From positions 1 to 45,304 of the forward strand of contig JBFOMH010000036.1 in NCBI GenBank assembly GCA_040830765.1: 45,304 bases of DNA, written 5' to 3'. Made by a program: the position numbers and the translations under genes. This document shows positions 34,201-44,247 of this stretch, piece after piece. Each line of letters begins with the position of its first letter. The stretch's first letter is position 1. The notes below the pieces were generated by a model that was not told the DNA's origin, searched no databases, and saw nothing but the letters and a program-made list of their open reading frames with translations. The stretch is from Puniceicoccaceae bacterium. GTDB taxonomy: Bacteria > Verrucomicrobiota > Verrucomicrobiia > Opitutales > Oceanipulchritudinaceae.

Positions 34201-36963
34201 TTACCCGTTTGGCAAGCTATTCAGGAGCATTTGAATCTCCTCATGGCGGGCTTTCGTGGCTGCCAATTGGTCCCGAGCCCCCTGAACGACCGCCTCGGGA
34301 GCGCTATTGAGGAATTTTTCGTTCCCTAATTTGGCCTCTCCGGCCTTGATACCCTTTTCCAGTTTGGCCAACTCTTTCTCCAAGCGCTGGCGCTCAGCCG
34401 CCACATCGATGGCCTGGGCCAGGTCGAGAAAGGCTGTGCCAAGGGCGGTCACACCGGCGGGCATGCCTTCGGGACGCTCCGAAACCGCCTCCAGCGACTC
34501 GATTTGGGCCAGATTGAGGATAGTCTGCAGGTGGGACTCGACAATTTCCCGTCCATCGCCCTCAGCGAGGAGGTAAAAAGGGACATCCCGGCGGCTGGCC
34601 ACGTTGTATTCCGACTTGAGGGCCCGGATACGGGTGATCAGCTCCTTTATTGCCTCAATCTCAGCCTGAGCCTGGTCGTCGAGCTGCCCGAGCTGCTGCT
34701 CAATCGCAGAACGCAATTGCCCTGCCACTGGCAGTTGAGTGGACTGCAGGAAGGTGCCCGCCTCTCCGGAAAACCCGAGATTCTGCCATAATTCCTCGGT
34801 GATGAAGGGCGTTACCGGGTGAAGCAACTGCAGATACTGCCGCATGACCAAGTCTTGAACAGCCAGGACGGTAGCCTGTGTGGCCGGATCCTTCATCCGT
34901 GCCTTGGAGGCCTCGAGGTACCAGTCACAATAGTCGCTCCAGAAAAATTCGTAGAGCGCCCGTGGGTAGGCATGCACCTCAAACTGGGCAAAACAGCGCT
35001 CCACCTCGGCAGTGGTCTCCACCAACCGTCCGAGAATCCAATGGTCATAGGCTGCCAAGTGCTCCTTGTCGATGCGCTGCAAGACCGCCTCAAGGGAGGA
35101 ATTATCCCCGGATTCCCCGCTCATCTGGCGGAATCTGGCCGCGTTCCAGAGCTTGTTGCAAAAGTTCCGGCCAATCTCAATACGGTCCTCGCTGAAGAGG
35201 ATGTCCTGCCCGCTGGGAGCAATATTAACGATACCAAAGCGCAGGCCATCGGCCCCAAACTTCTCGATCAAATCGAGTGGATCGGGGGAGTTGCCAAGGC
35301 TTTTGGACATCTTGCGGCCCTTGGAGTCGCGGATCAGGCCGTTTATGTAGACATCCTTGAAAGGAATCCGTGCGGCAATGTCGGCATCCTCGAGAGACTC
35401 TTTGGCCTCTCCCATGAACTCCAGGCCGGCCATGACCATACGGGCTACCCAGAGGAAAATGATGTCGAATCCAGTGACCAGGGTCTGCGTGGGGTAAAAA
35501 TAGGACAGCTCGCTGGCCTGCGATTCCATCTCATCCGGCCAGCCGAAATTGGCGAACGGCCAGAGCCAGGATGAGGCCCAGGTGTCGAGGACATCCTCCT
35601 CCTGCTCCCAGTTTTCCGGATCTTCCGGTCCTTCGACCGACACATGGACATGTTCCGGGTTGTCGTAGTCCCGGTCCGCGGCCGCGATGCCCTTTCGGTA
35701 CCACACCGGAATACGGTGACCCCACCACAACTGGCGACTGATACACCAGTCGATATTGTCGCGTTCCATGGTTTCCAACCAGTGGAGATAGGTCTTCTCC
35801 CAGCGCTTGGGATGGAAGCGGATGTGGCCCTCAGTGACCGCACGCCGTGCCTCCTCCACCTTCGGATAGCGCAACCACCACTGCATCGTCAGGCGTGGCT
35901 CGATCGGTACATCCGCCCGCTCGGAGAAACCGACGTTGTTCTCGTAGGGCTCTGTTTCGACCAGGTTCCCTAATTCCTCCAGCTTCTTCGCGGCCACCTT
36001 GCGGGCCTCAAAGCGGTCCATGCCGACAAAGGGCTCACCGGCCAGCTCGTTGAGAGTACCATCCGGATTCAGAACATCAAGAGTCGGCAAGTCGTGCCGC
36101 TGTCCGATCTCAAAGTCGACCACGTCATGGGCAGGGGTCACCTTGAGCGCACCCGTCCCGAAGTCCTTTTCCACAGCCGTGTCTGCGATGATGGGTATTT
36201 TCTCACGCGGGAAGGGTCGCCAGACATGTTTCCCGACCAAATCCTTGTACCGCTCGTCATCTGGATGAACTGCCACCGCCACGTCGCCCATAAGGGTTTC
36301 CGGACGCGTTGTGGAAATATGGATGTATTCCCCGGGCTGCTCCACCAACTCATAGCGCATCTTGTAGAAGAGGCCTTTCTGCGGCTTCATGATGACCTCC
36401 TCATTACTGAGGGCAGTCTGGCTCACGGGACACCAATTGCTCATCCGCAGGCCACGATAGATATAACCGCGACGGTACAGTTCAACAAAAGCGGTCAGGA
36501 CAGCCTTGGAATAATGCTCATCCAGGGTGAAGGAAGTCCGCTCCCAGTCGCAACTGGCTCCCAGTTTGCGGAGCTGCTTGAGGATAATGCCCCCATGCTC
36601 GTCACGCCACTTCCAGACTTCATCGACAAACTTTTCCCGCCCGAGGTCGCGGCGATGCAATCCCTTTTCCCGCAGCTTCTTCTCCACCCGGGTCTGGGTC
36701 GCGATGCCCGCATGGTCCGTTCCCGGGAACCACAGGGCCGCCTTTCCTTCCAATCGGGCCCGGCGGATGAAGATATCCTGCACCGTATTGTTCAGGATAT
36801 GGCCCATGTGCAGCATGCCGGTCACATTGGGCGGCGGAATCATGATGCAGTAGGGCTCCGCTCCGTCGCGAATTTCACCCCGGAACGCCCCCTTGCCTTC
36901 CCAACGCTCGTACCAACGGTCCTCCACCGCGTGGGCATTGTATGCTTTGTCAATCGTCGCCAT
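34201..36963 (-). CDS. valS: Valine--tRNA ligase
   Basis: PPPNVTG.LHMGH, WCISRQLWWGHRIP, KMSKS, C-terminal coiled coil; true start ATG 36963 (MATIDKAY). Confidence 0.98.
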   Translation of the reverse strand: MATIDKAYNAHAVEDRWYERWEGKGAFRGEIRDGAEPYCIMIPPPNVTGMLHMGHILNNTVQDIFIRRARLEGKAALWFPGTDHAGIATQTRVEKKLREKGLHRRDLGREKFVDEVWKWRDEHGGIILKQLRKLGASCDWERTSFTLDEHYSKAVLTAFVELYRRGYIYRGLRMSNWCPVSQTALSNEEVIMKPQKGLFYKMRYELVEQPGEYIHISTTRPETLMGDVAVAVHPDDERYKDLVGKHVWRPFPREKIPIIADTAVEKDFGTGALKVTPAHDVVDFEIGQRHDLPTLDVLNPDGTLNELAGEPFVGMDRFEARKVAAKKLEELGNLVETEPYENNVGFSERADVPIEPRLTMQWWLRYPKVEEARRAVTEGHIRFHPKRWEKTYLHWLETMERDNIDWCISRQLWWGHRIPVWYRKGIAAADRDYDNPEHVHVSVEGPEDPENWEQEEDVLDTWASSWLWPFANFGWPDEMESQASELSYFYPTQTLVTGFDIIFLWVARMVMAGLEFMGEAKESLEDADIAARIPFKDVYINGLIRDSKGRKMSKSLGNSPDPLDLIEKFGADGLRFGIVNIAPSGQDILFSEDRIEIGRNFCNKLWNAARFRQMSGESGDNSSLEAVLQRIDKEHLAAYDHWILGRLVETTAEVERCFAQFEVHAYPRALYEFFWSDYCDWYLEASKARMKDPATQATVLAVQDLVMRQYLQLLHPVTPFITEELWQNLGFSGEAGTFLQSTQLPVAGQLRSAIEQQLGQLDDQAQAEIEAIKELITRIRALKSEYNVASRRDVPFYLLAEGDGREIVESHLQTILNLAQIESLEAVSERPEGMPAGVTALGTAFLDLAQAIDVAAERQRLEKELAKLEKGIKAGEAKLGNEKFLNSAPEAVVQGARDQLAATKARHEEIQMLLNSLPNG

Positions 36964-37018
36964 CTTGTCTGTTCCCTTTGAAAAGCGGCTATTTGCAACG
37001 CCAGATTCCGCTTGAGTC

Positions 37019-37055
37019 AAAAAGAAAAGCCCTCCCGCAGGCGCGGGAGGGCTTT
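37019..37055 (-). terminator. Intrinsic terminator of amtB-glnK
   Basis: AAAGCCCTCCCGC-AGGC-GCGGGAGGGCTTT, a perfect stem with an A-rich flank. Confidence 0.85.
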
Positions 37056-37084
37056 GGCTGGAAAGGTTATTATCAGCCCGATTG

Positions 37085-37441
<357 letters not shown>

Positions 37442-37485
37442 TTAGATATTAAATTTTTCAATTCCAAATTGGAAAACTAAGCCGA

Positions 37486-38889
37486 TCAGCCCTTACTGGC
37501 AACCTGGAAGTCAGGATATGCTTCCTGTCCATGTTCGCCAATATCAAGCCCTTCAGCTTCTTCGTCTTCACTGACCCGCAGTCCCATGGTCGCCTTGACG
37601 ATGACGCAGAGAACGAAAGTGGTCACGAACGCGAATACTGAAACGGAGAGTGTTCCAATGATCTGGGTGAGAACGTTGTAGCCACCGAAAATACCGGCAG
37701 CGACCGTGCCCCAGATACCGCAGACCCCGTGCACGGAAATCGCACCAACCGGGTCGTCAATCTTGATCTTGTCGAAGAACAGGATGGCAAAGACCACGAT
37801 GACACCGGCAATCGCACCGACCAGGACAGCGGCCCAGGGACCCATGCTGTCAGCACCAGCGGTGATACCGACCAGACCGGCCAGGAGACCGTTGAGAGCC
37901 ATCGAAAGGTCAGGCTTCTTGATGACCGTCCAGGAAACAAGGATGGACGACAGGGCACCGGCAGCAGCGGCCAGGGCGGTAGTCACAAAGACGAGGGAAA
38001 CGGCTTCCGGAGCAGCGCTCAGGACGGAACCTCCATTGAACCCGAACCAACCGAGGAACAGGAGGAAGACACCAATGGTGGCCAGCGGCATGCTGTGGCC
38101 GAGGATTGGCTTAATGCGGCCACCAGAAAGGTACTTGCCCTTACGCGGTCCGAGGACCATGACGGCAGCCAGGGCGGCGAAACCACCGAAGGCGTGAACC
38201 AGGGAGGAACCCGCGAAGTCATAGAAACCCATGCCATCGAGCCAGCCCCCGCCCCATTTCCATGAACCGGAGATTGGGTAAAGCAGACCAACGACAACCG
38301 TACCCACAACCATGAAGCTGGGCAGCTTGATACGCTCGGCAACCGCACCGGAGATAATCGTGGCGGCGGTGGCGGCGAACATGGCCTGGAAGATGAAGTC
38401 AGACCAGCCGGTCATGCATAAACCAGTTCCCCCGTAGGAGAAGTCGGTATTTCCGTAGTCAGCGGAAGTGATTGGGCTGCCAACAGCGAAAAAGCCGTTA
38501 AAGTCACCCGGATACATCCCGTTGAATCCGTAGGCGGCGTACGTCAACAGACCCATGCTGATGACGAACACATTCTTGAAAAGGATGTTCACCGTGTTCT
38601 TGGACTGCGTCAGGCCAGCCTCGAGGGTGGCGAATCCAAGGTGCATGATGAAAACGAGAGCCGCGGCGATGAGCGTCCACAGGTTACTGACCGTGAAGAA
38701 GTCAAAGGTGACTCCGTACTGGGTCTGCAGGGCGAGGAAGTCCTCGTCTGGCTCGGCTGCAGTAACAACCGCTTCAACGGCTTCGACCACATCACTGGCC
38801 TCCTGGCCAAATGCTGGAGAAAAGGCCGCGATGAGAAGAAGGGCGGTGAGTGGAAGCGCCCAACGTGATTTCGCTATTTTTTTGATCAT
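37486..38889 (-). CDS. amtB: Ammonium transporter (Amt family) with signal-like N-terminus
   Basis: DFAGSSLVH, GWFGFNGGS, NGLLAGLVGIT, DDPVGAISVHG (both conserved His present). Confidence 0.96.
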   Translation of the reverse strand: MIKKIAKSRWALPLTALLLIAAFSPAFGQEASDVVEAVEAVVTAAEPDEDFLALQTQYGVTFDFFTVSNLWTLIAAALVFIMHLGFATLEAGLTQSKNTVNILFKNVFVISMGLLTYAAYGFNGMYPGDFNGFFAVGSPITSADYGNTDFSYGGTGLCMTGWSDFIFQAMFAATAATIISGAVAERIKLPSFMVVGTVVVGLLYPISGSWKWGGGWLDGMGFYDFAGSSLVHAFGGFAALAAVMVLGPRKGKYLSGGRIKPILGHSMPLATIGVFLLFLGWFGFNGGSVLSAAPEAVSLVFVTTALAAAAGALSSILVSWTVIKKPDLSMALNGLLAGLVGITAGADSMGPWAAVLVGAIAGVIVVFAILFFDKIKIDDPVGAISVHGVCGIWGTVAAGIFGGYNVLTQIIGTLSVSVFAFVTTFVLCVIVKATMGLRVSEDEEAEGLDIGEHGQEAYPDFQVASKG

Positions 38890-38944
38890 GATGTTAGATT
38901 TTGGTTAAAGAATGTTTGGTTGCTTGATAACCGCCCCTAACATC

Positions 38945-38961
38945 AGCAACGACCGTGCCAA
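38945..38961 (-). promoter_or_regulatory. Sigma-54 (-24/-12) promoter of amtB-glnK
   Basis: Minus strand TTGGCAC-GGTCG-TTGCT, a perfect TGGCAC-N5-TTGC about 55 nt upstream of the start. Confidence 0.85.
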
Positions 38962-39031
38962 TACTGCATTTGGTCACAAATCCGTTAGGTGAAAAGGTAC
39001 CTGTGCCCCCCAACTAGCCCAGTGGATGGAC

Positions 39032-39065
39032 AAAAAAAGCCAGCCCCGGACTCGGGACTGGCTTT
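39032..39065 (-). terminator. Intrinsic terminator after aspS
   Basis: Minus strand AAAGCCAGTCCCG-AGTC-CGGGGCTGGC-TTTTTTT. Confidence 0.8.
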
Positions 39066-39087
39066 AAGGAAAGTAAATTCCGGCTAC

Positions 39088-40878
39088 TTAGTCGTCGAGG
39101 TCGCGCAGCTCAATATGGAGGGCCCGCAACTGGGCATCGGTGGCCGTACCGGGCGCGTCATTCATCAGGTCCTGCCCTTTTTGAGTCTTGGGGAAGGCAA
39201 TGACGTCGCGGATATGGCTACGGCCGGCGAGCGTGCTGACCAGACGGTCAAAACCAAGGGCGATACCGCCATGGGGCGGGGCACCATACTTGAAAGCCTT
39301 GAGCATGTAACCGAAGCGCTCTTCGACGACATCCTGGGGGATCTTGAGAAAGTCTTCAAAGACCTTCTTCTGCAACTCCGGCTGGTGGATACGAATGGAC
39401 CCACCGGCGATTTCCATGCCGTTGAGGACACAGTCATAGTGCTGGCCGCGGACCGCCTTGGGATCGCTGTCCAGCAGCTCGACATCCTCCGGTACAGGCG
39501 AGGTGAACGGGTGGTGCGCAGCAACATAGCGGCCCTCGTCCTCATCAAATAGCATGAGAGGAAACTCAATCACCCAAAGGAAATTGTACTTGTCGTCTGC
39601 AATGGAGATCCGGCCACGTTGCTGGAGCAGCTTTGCTGAATCAAGACGCACCCGGCCGAGGATTCCACAGGCGCGCTCCCAGTCGGCAGCGGCAAAAAAG
39701 ACAATGTCCCCGTTTTCGATCTGCAGGCGCTCCTTGAGCTCGGCCTTTTCCTCTTCGCTGAAAAACTTGAGAATGGGCGACTTCCATTCGCCCTCCTCAT
39801 TGACCCGGATGAAGGCCAATCCCTTCGCTCCCATGGCCTTGGCCCCGTTCTCCAGGTCGCGCATTTCTCCTTGGGTAGCATCGGCCAGGCCTTTGGCATT
39901 GAACGCCTTGACCACTCCACCGGACGCGATCGTGCCTTGGAAGACCTTGAACTGGCTGTTGCGGAAACAATCCGAAAAGTCCTCAATCTTGAGCTCGAAA
40001 CGAGTATCCGGTTTGTCGACGCCATACTGGTCCATGGCATCCTTGTAGGACATTCGCGGGAACGGGGTCGGGATGTCGACGTCGAGACATTCCTTCCAGA
40101 TACGCTTCAGAAGACCCTCAATAAGGGTGTACATGTCCTCCCGGTCGATAAACGACATCTCGATATCAATCTGGGTAAACTCCGGTTGCCGGTCGGCTCG
40201 AAGGTCCTCGTCACGGAAGCAGCGGGCCAATTGGTAGTAGCGCTCGATGCCAGCCACCATCAGCATCTGCTTGTACTGCTGGGGACTCTGGGCCAACGCG
40301 TAAAAACAACCCCTGTTGATACGACTGGGGACAAGGAATTCCCGTGCTCCTTCGGGAGTACTCTTGAATAAATAAGGCGTCTCGACCTCGAGAAACTCCT
40401 GCTCCTCGAGGTAATCCCGGGTGGCTTTCGATGCCTTGCTCCGGATGGCCAGCGAGCGGTACATGGCCGGTCGGCGCAAGTCGAGAAAGCGATATTGCAA
40501 CCGAAGATCCTCGCTGACCCGTTCAGCCTTCTCGTCATCGAGCGGGAATGGTGGAGTTTCGGAAATATTGTGGATTAGCAGGGTTTCCACAGCGACTTCA
40601 ATTTCCCCAGTTGGCAGGCTGGTGTTGACCTCGGCATCCCCGCGGGCAACTACCGTACCGCTGATCTCGATAACCGATTCACTACGCAGGTGGTGCAAAT
40701 CCGCCTTGATGGCAGCGTGCTGGGGATCAAAGACGACCTGGGTCAATCCGGTCCGGTCCCGAAGGTCGACAAATTGAATCCCGCCGTGGTCGCGCAGGGT
40801 ATCAACCCACCCAATCAGGGTGACCTTGGCGCCGACGTCGCTTTTCCTCAGGGCATTGCAAGTATGTGTCCGTTTCAT
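39088..40878 (-). CDS. aspS: Aspartate--tRNA ligase
   Basis: RTHTC, FVDLRD, STPEGAREF, QSPQ, FRDEDLRADRQPEFTQ, GGSIRIH, PPHGGIALG. Confidence 0.98.
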   Translation of the reverse strand: MKRTHTCNALRKSDVGAKVTLIGWVDTLRDHGGIQFVDLRDRTGLTQVVFDPQHAAIKADLHHLRSESVIEISGTVVARGDAEVNTSLPTGEIEVAVETLLIHNISETPPFPLDDEKAERVSEDLRLQYRFLDLRRPAMYRSLAIRSKASKATRDYLEEQEFLEVETPYLFKSTPEGAREFLVPSRINRGCFYALAQSPQQYKQMLMVAGIERYYQLARCFRDEDLRADRQPEFTQIDIEMSFIDREDMYTLIEGLLKRIWKECLDVDIPTPFPRMSYKDAMDQYGVDKPDTRFELKIEDFSDCFRNSQFKVFQGTIASGGVVKAFNAKGLADATQGEMRDLENGAKAMGAKGLAFIRVNEEGEWKSPILKFFSEEEKAELKERLQIENGDIVFFAAADWERACGILGRVRLDSAKLLQQRGRISIADDKYNFLWVIEFPLMLFDEDEGRYVAAHHPFTSPVPEDVELLDSDPKAVRGQHYDCVLNGMEIAGGSIRIHQPELQKKVFEDFLKIPQDVVEERFGYMLKAFKYGAPPHGGIALGFDRLVSTLAGRSHIRDVIAFPKTQKGQDLMNDAPGTATDAQLRALHIELRDLDD

Positions 40879-41022
40879 TCTGGTCCGCTTTTAAAAGAAA
40901 CGCCCGAACATGATTAAATTACCCAAGGGGGCAAGAATTTATGCTGGAGGCCCGGAAAATTGGCCGGAAATGTCCCTCCGGGGCGTGATTGCAGTTGTAC
41001 CCGGTCGCTATAGTCCTCTACG

Positions 41023-41349
41023 ATGAGCCCCATGAAGTGGATAATCAAACTACTGCCTGTCCTGCTTTTGGCTGGATGCGCCGGCCCGGAAACTCCCGAG
41101 GGTGGAACACGGGCCCAGACCCCGACGGGGGCGCTGGTCCGGGGTGAAATCCAGGCTGATGAGTACCTCGATAAGATCAAGGAAGCCAACATCGAGGCCC
41201 GGGAGACGGAACAGTTTGAATTCAACCGGGAACCTACCCGGGCCTACAATACCAAGACCGGCAAGTTTGAGTATGTTCCTGACGGTGCCACCCAGAGGTG
41301 GAATGAGGAAAACCAGCGCTGGGAATTTACTCCACTAACCCAGCGCTAA
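41023..41349 (+). CDS. Hypothetical lipoprotein
   Basis: Lipobox LLAG-C after a short signal peptide. Confidence 0.75.
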   Translation: MSPMKWIIKLLPVLLLAGCAGPETPEGGTRAQTPTGALVRGEIQADEYLDKIKEANIEARETEQFEFNREPTRAYNTKTGKFEYVPDGATQRWNEENQRWEFTPLTQR

Positions 41350-41360
41350 TTTACCAGCCC

Positions 41361-41936
41361 ATGGCGGGCCGGCGACCACTCACGGAAATTGCCCAGGAAG
41401 CATGGGCGCCTTACCTGCATCCCGGCGACTGGGCTGTTGATGCCACGGCCGGTAATGGATGGGATACGCTGTACCTGGCCAGGGCTGTGAAACCTGGCGG
41501 CCGCGTCTTCGCCATCGACCGTCAGGAAGCGGCCATTTCCGCTACAGCCTCACGGTTGGAACAGGAAGGACTGAGTGAATTTGTGACCCTGATCCGGGGC
41601 GATCATGCGCGTATGCGGGACACCCTGGCCTGCGGGGTCCGGGGATCCGTCAACTTGGTTTGCTTTAACCTGGGCTACTTACCGGGCGGTGATCATGCCA
41701 TCATGACCCGGCCTGAATCCACCCTCCCCGCCCTGCATGAAGCGTTGCTGTTGTTGAAACCGGAAGGCGCCTTGTCTGTCCTCGCCTACCGCGGGCACCA
41801 CGGCGCTATGCGGGAGGCTGAGACAGTGGAGGGCTTCTTCCACAGTCTGCCCGCCCCGTGGAAGTGCATACAGGAAGTGAAATCCGGTTCCGAGGACAAT
41901 CCCGGTCCGGTCTGGTGGATGGCAGCCCAGTCCTGA
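41361..41936 (+). CDS. Class I SAM-dependent methyltransferase (YtqB/rRNA_methylase-like)
   Basis: AVDATAGNGWDT, FNLGYLPGGD, YRGH. Confidence 0.9.
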   Translation: MAGRRPLTEIAQEAWAPYLHPGDWAVDATAGNGWDTLYLARAVKPGGRVFAIDRQEAAISATASRLEQEGLSEFVTLIRGDHARMRDTLACGVRGSVNLVCFNLGYLPGGDHAIMTRPESTLPALHEALLLLKPEGALSVLAYRGHHGAMREAETVEGFFHSLPAPWKCIQEVKSGSEDNPGPVWWMAAQS

Positions 41937-41938
41937 CC

Positions 41939-43267
41939 TTAACCGCGCTGGAATATCCAGCGGAAGAGCTCGCGCCAGGTCGGGGTCTTGCCCTGGGCAA
42001 GAATACCGATGCGGAAGAGTCGGCTGGAGGCCCAGATCACGGAGGCCGTGAAGGCAAGGTTGAGCACCAGGGCCAGATAAACCTGCCAGTCCGGCGGACC
42101 CGGTGGGATGGCGATCCGGTTCATCATGGTCATGACCGAAAATGGCGGAATCAGGCTGATGGTGGTCGCGAATGCCCCATCCGGTGCCTCAATTGTGACA
42201 ATGGACAACATCATCGGGACAATGAGGATGAGAACAATGGTCCCGGCAAAATTCTGGGAATCCTTCAGGTCCTGGCAGGCAGAACTGACACCGGCAAAGA
42301 GGGAGCCGAAGGTCAGCAACCCAAGGAGCAGGAAGACAAAGAACCAGACAAATGTCCCGGGCGGGACCCAGTTGACCTTTTCAAAATACCTCAGCGAAAG
42401 TGAAAGGCTGAGGATGTAGACAAAACTGAAGGTCAACCCGACAGCCACCCCTGCGAAGAGCTTGCCCAGCAGCAACTGGAAGGGGGTGACACTGGAAAGC
42501 AGCACCTCGGCAATGCGCTGCATCTTCTCCTCAATGACCGAGTTGAGCAGTACAGGGGTGCTCATCTGGATGGAAATGAAGATTAGCATGACAAGACCGA
42601 AAGGTATAAGAAAGGCCGCGAGGCGGTTTTCCTCTTCTGGCTCGATCAAGTTTCCATCTGCATCGAGCTCAGCCAGGCTGAAACGTTCGAGTCGGTTATG
42701 GCTGGTCAAGAGGTTAATTTCCCTCTGGTCATAGCCGGCCTCGGTAAAGCGTTTCTCCTCCACCAAGTCCCGTACCGACCGACTGAGCCAGTCGGGCAAC
42801 CGGTTGAAAGTGGGACTGTCGGAGAAATAATGCAGGTAATCGTCATCCCCACCTTCTGGAGAGAGGTAATCCTTTCCAATGATGGCGAAAGCGAAAATGT
42901 CCCCTGCCCTCACCCGATCACTGAGTTCGGCAAGCAAGGCATTTGTATCAGGAAGCTCATCATCGCCATAGGATTGGAGGACAAACTTCGGTCCGACCTG
43001 CTTGCCCTGACGCTCCACCGCATCACTGCGGTTGCGTTTCACGTTGGCTTCCTGAAGACCGGCCATTAGGGTGCCAGTGTAGTCGACGACAACCAGCTCA
43101 CGGTCCCTGAGGTCGGTTTTGTCCCCAAAGATGGCAGCGGCAACAAACATGCCCCCGTAGATGAGCAAGGGGAACAGGAGGCTTAACAGGAAGGACTTGG
43201 TCAGTACCACCTGACGGTATTCACTTGTCGAAACAGCAAGAATCTTACGCATCTTCGTTTCCTCCAT
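41939..43267 (-). CDS. ABC-2 type exporter permease (NatB/YhaP-like)
   Basis: SVIEEKMQRIAEVLLSS, LLLGK, several TM helices. Confidence 0.88.
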   Translation of the reverse strand: MEETKMRKILAVSTSEYRQVVLTKSFLLSLLFPLLIYGGMFVAAAIFGDKTDLRDRELVVVDYTGTLMAGLQEANVKRNRSDAVERQGKQVGPKFVLQSYGDDELPDTNALLAELSDRVRAGDIFAFAIIGKDYLSPEGGDDDYLHYFSDSPTFNRLPDWLSRSVRDLVEEKRFTEAGYDQREINLLTSHNRLERFSLAELDADGNLIEPEEENRLAAFLIPFGLVMLIFISIQMSTPVLLNSVIEEKMQRIAEVLLSSVTPFQLLLGKLFAGVAVGLTFSFVYILSLSLSLRYFEKVNWVPPGTFVWFFVFLLLGLLTFGSLFAGVSSACQDLKDSQNFAGTIVLILIVPMMLSIVTIEAPDGAFATTISLIPPFSVMTMMNRIAIPPGPPDWQVYLALVLNLAFTASVIWASSRLFRIGILAQGKTPTWRELFRWIFQRG

Positions 43268-44165
43268 TTACCGCGTCCTCCGGTTCCGGCTGGGCAATCC
43301 TGACGAAAATGTCGTGCAGCGAAGGATGGGTGATTTCAAAGTGGTCTAGCTCCCCGATCCCGGCAGCCTGTTTCAAAATTTGGGATGGCTCACCCTGAAA
43401 ACGCATTTCGAGGAAGCGGCCAAGGTTGCGGATGTTGCTGACTCCGTCGAGACGGCCCTCCGGGTCCGTACCGTCGCGGAAGCGGAGCCGCAGGGAATCC
43501 TGACCATACTGGTTCTGAATGTCGTTCAGTGAACCGTCGAGGACCTTGTTTCCCTTGTAGATCATGCAGATGTGGTCACAGAGCTGCTCCGCCATGTGCA
43601 TGTCGTGGGTGGAAAAGAGCAACGTTGTTCCGTCTTTTTGCAATTCCAGCAGCGATTGCCGGATGGTCTCGAGGTTGACCGGGTCCAGCCCGGAGAAGGG
43701 TTCGTCCAGAATCAGCAACCGGGGGCGGGCCAGCACGGTGGCAATGAACTGGATTTTCTGGCTCATCCCCTTGGAAAGGGTTTCCAGCTTCTTGTCCTTC
43801 CAGTCCAGCAGGTCCAGCCGCTCCAGCCACTCCAGGGCAGCCGCCTTGGCAGCCCGTCCATTCATTCCTTTCAGCCGGCCAAAGTAACTCAGCTGGCGTA
43901 GCACCGTCATTTTCCGATACAAGCCCCGTTCCTCGGGCAGGTAGCCGATTGAATTGTTCGCACTGATGTTGTGCGGTTGCCCGAACACCCGGATAGCCCC
44001 GGAATCCGGCTCGATAATCCGCAGAATCATCCGCAGGGTTGTTGTTTTTCCGGAACCATTCGGACCAATGAACCCAAAGATGCTCCCTTCTGGAACAACA
44101 AGGTTGAACTGATCCACTGCCACATGCTCACGGAACCGCTTGGTTACCTCCTGCAACTCAATCAT
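43245..44165 (-). CDS. ABC exporter ATP-binding protein (NatA/YhaQ-like)
   Basis: GPNGSGKT, GYLPEERGLY, LSKGMSQK, LDEPFSGLDPVN, PSLHDIF. Confidence 0.93.
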   Translation of the reverse strand: MIELQEVTKRFREHVAVDQFNLVVPEGSIFGFIGPNGSGKTTTLRMILRIIEPDSGAIRVFGQPHNISANNSIGYLPEERGLYRKMTVLRQLSYFGRLKGMNGRAAKAAALEWLERLDLLDWKDKKLETLSKGMSQKIQFIATVLARPRLLILDEPFSGLDPVNLETIRQSLLELQKDGTTLLFSTHDMHMAEQLCDHICMIYKGNKVLDGSLNDIQNQYGQDSLRLRFRDGTDPEGRLDGVSNIRNLGRFLEMRFQGEPSQILKQAAGIGELDHFEITHPSLHDIFVRIAQPEPEDAVNGGNEDA

Positions 44166-44247
44166 GCCCGAAAGATGGACAAGATTTGAGATTTCGCCAG
44201 CCTGTACTGGAAAATTTCCTCCCGCAGTCCGTTCAAAGAACGAACCG

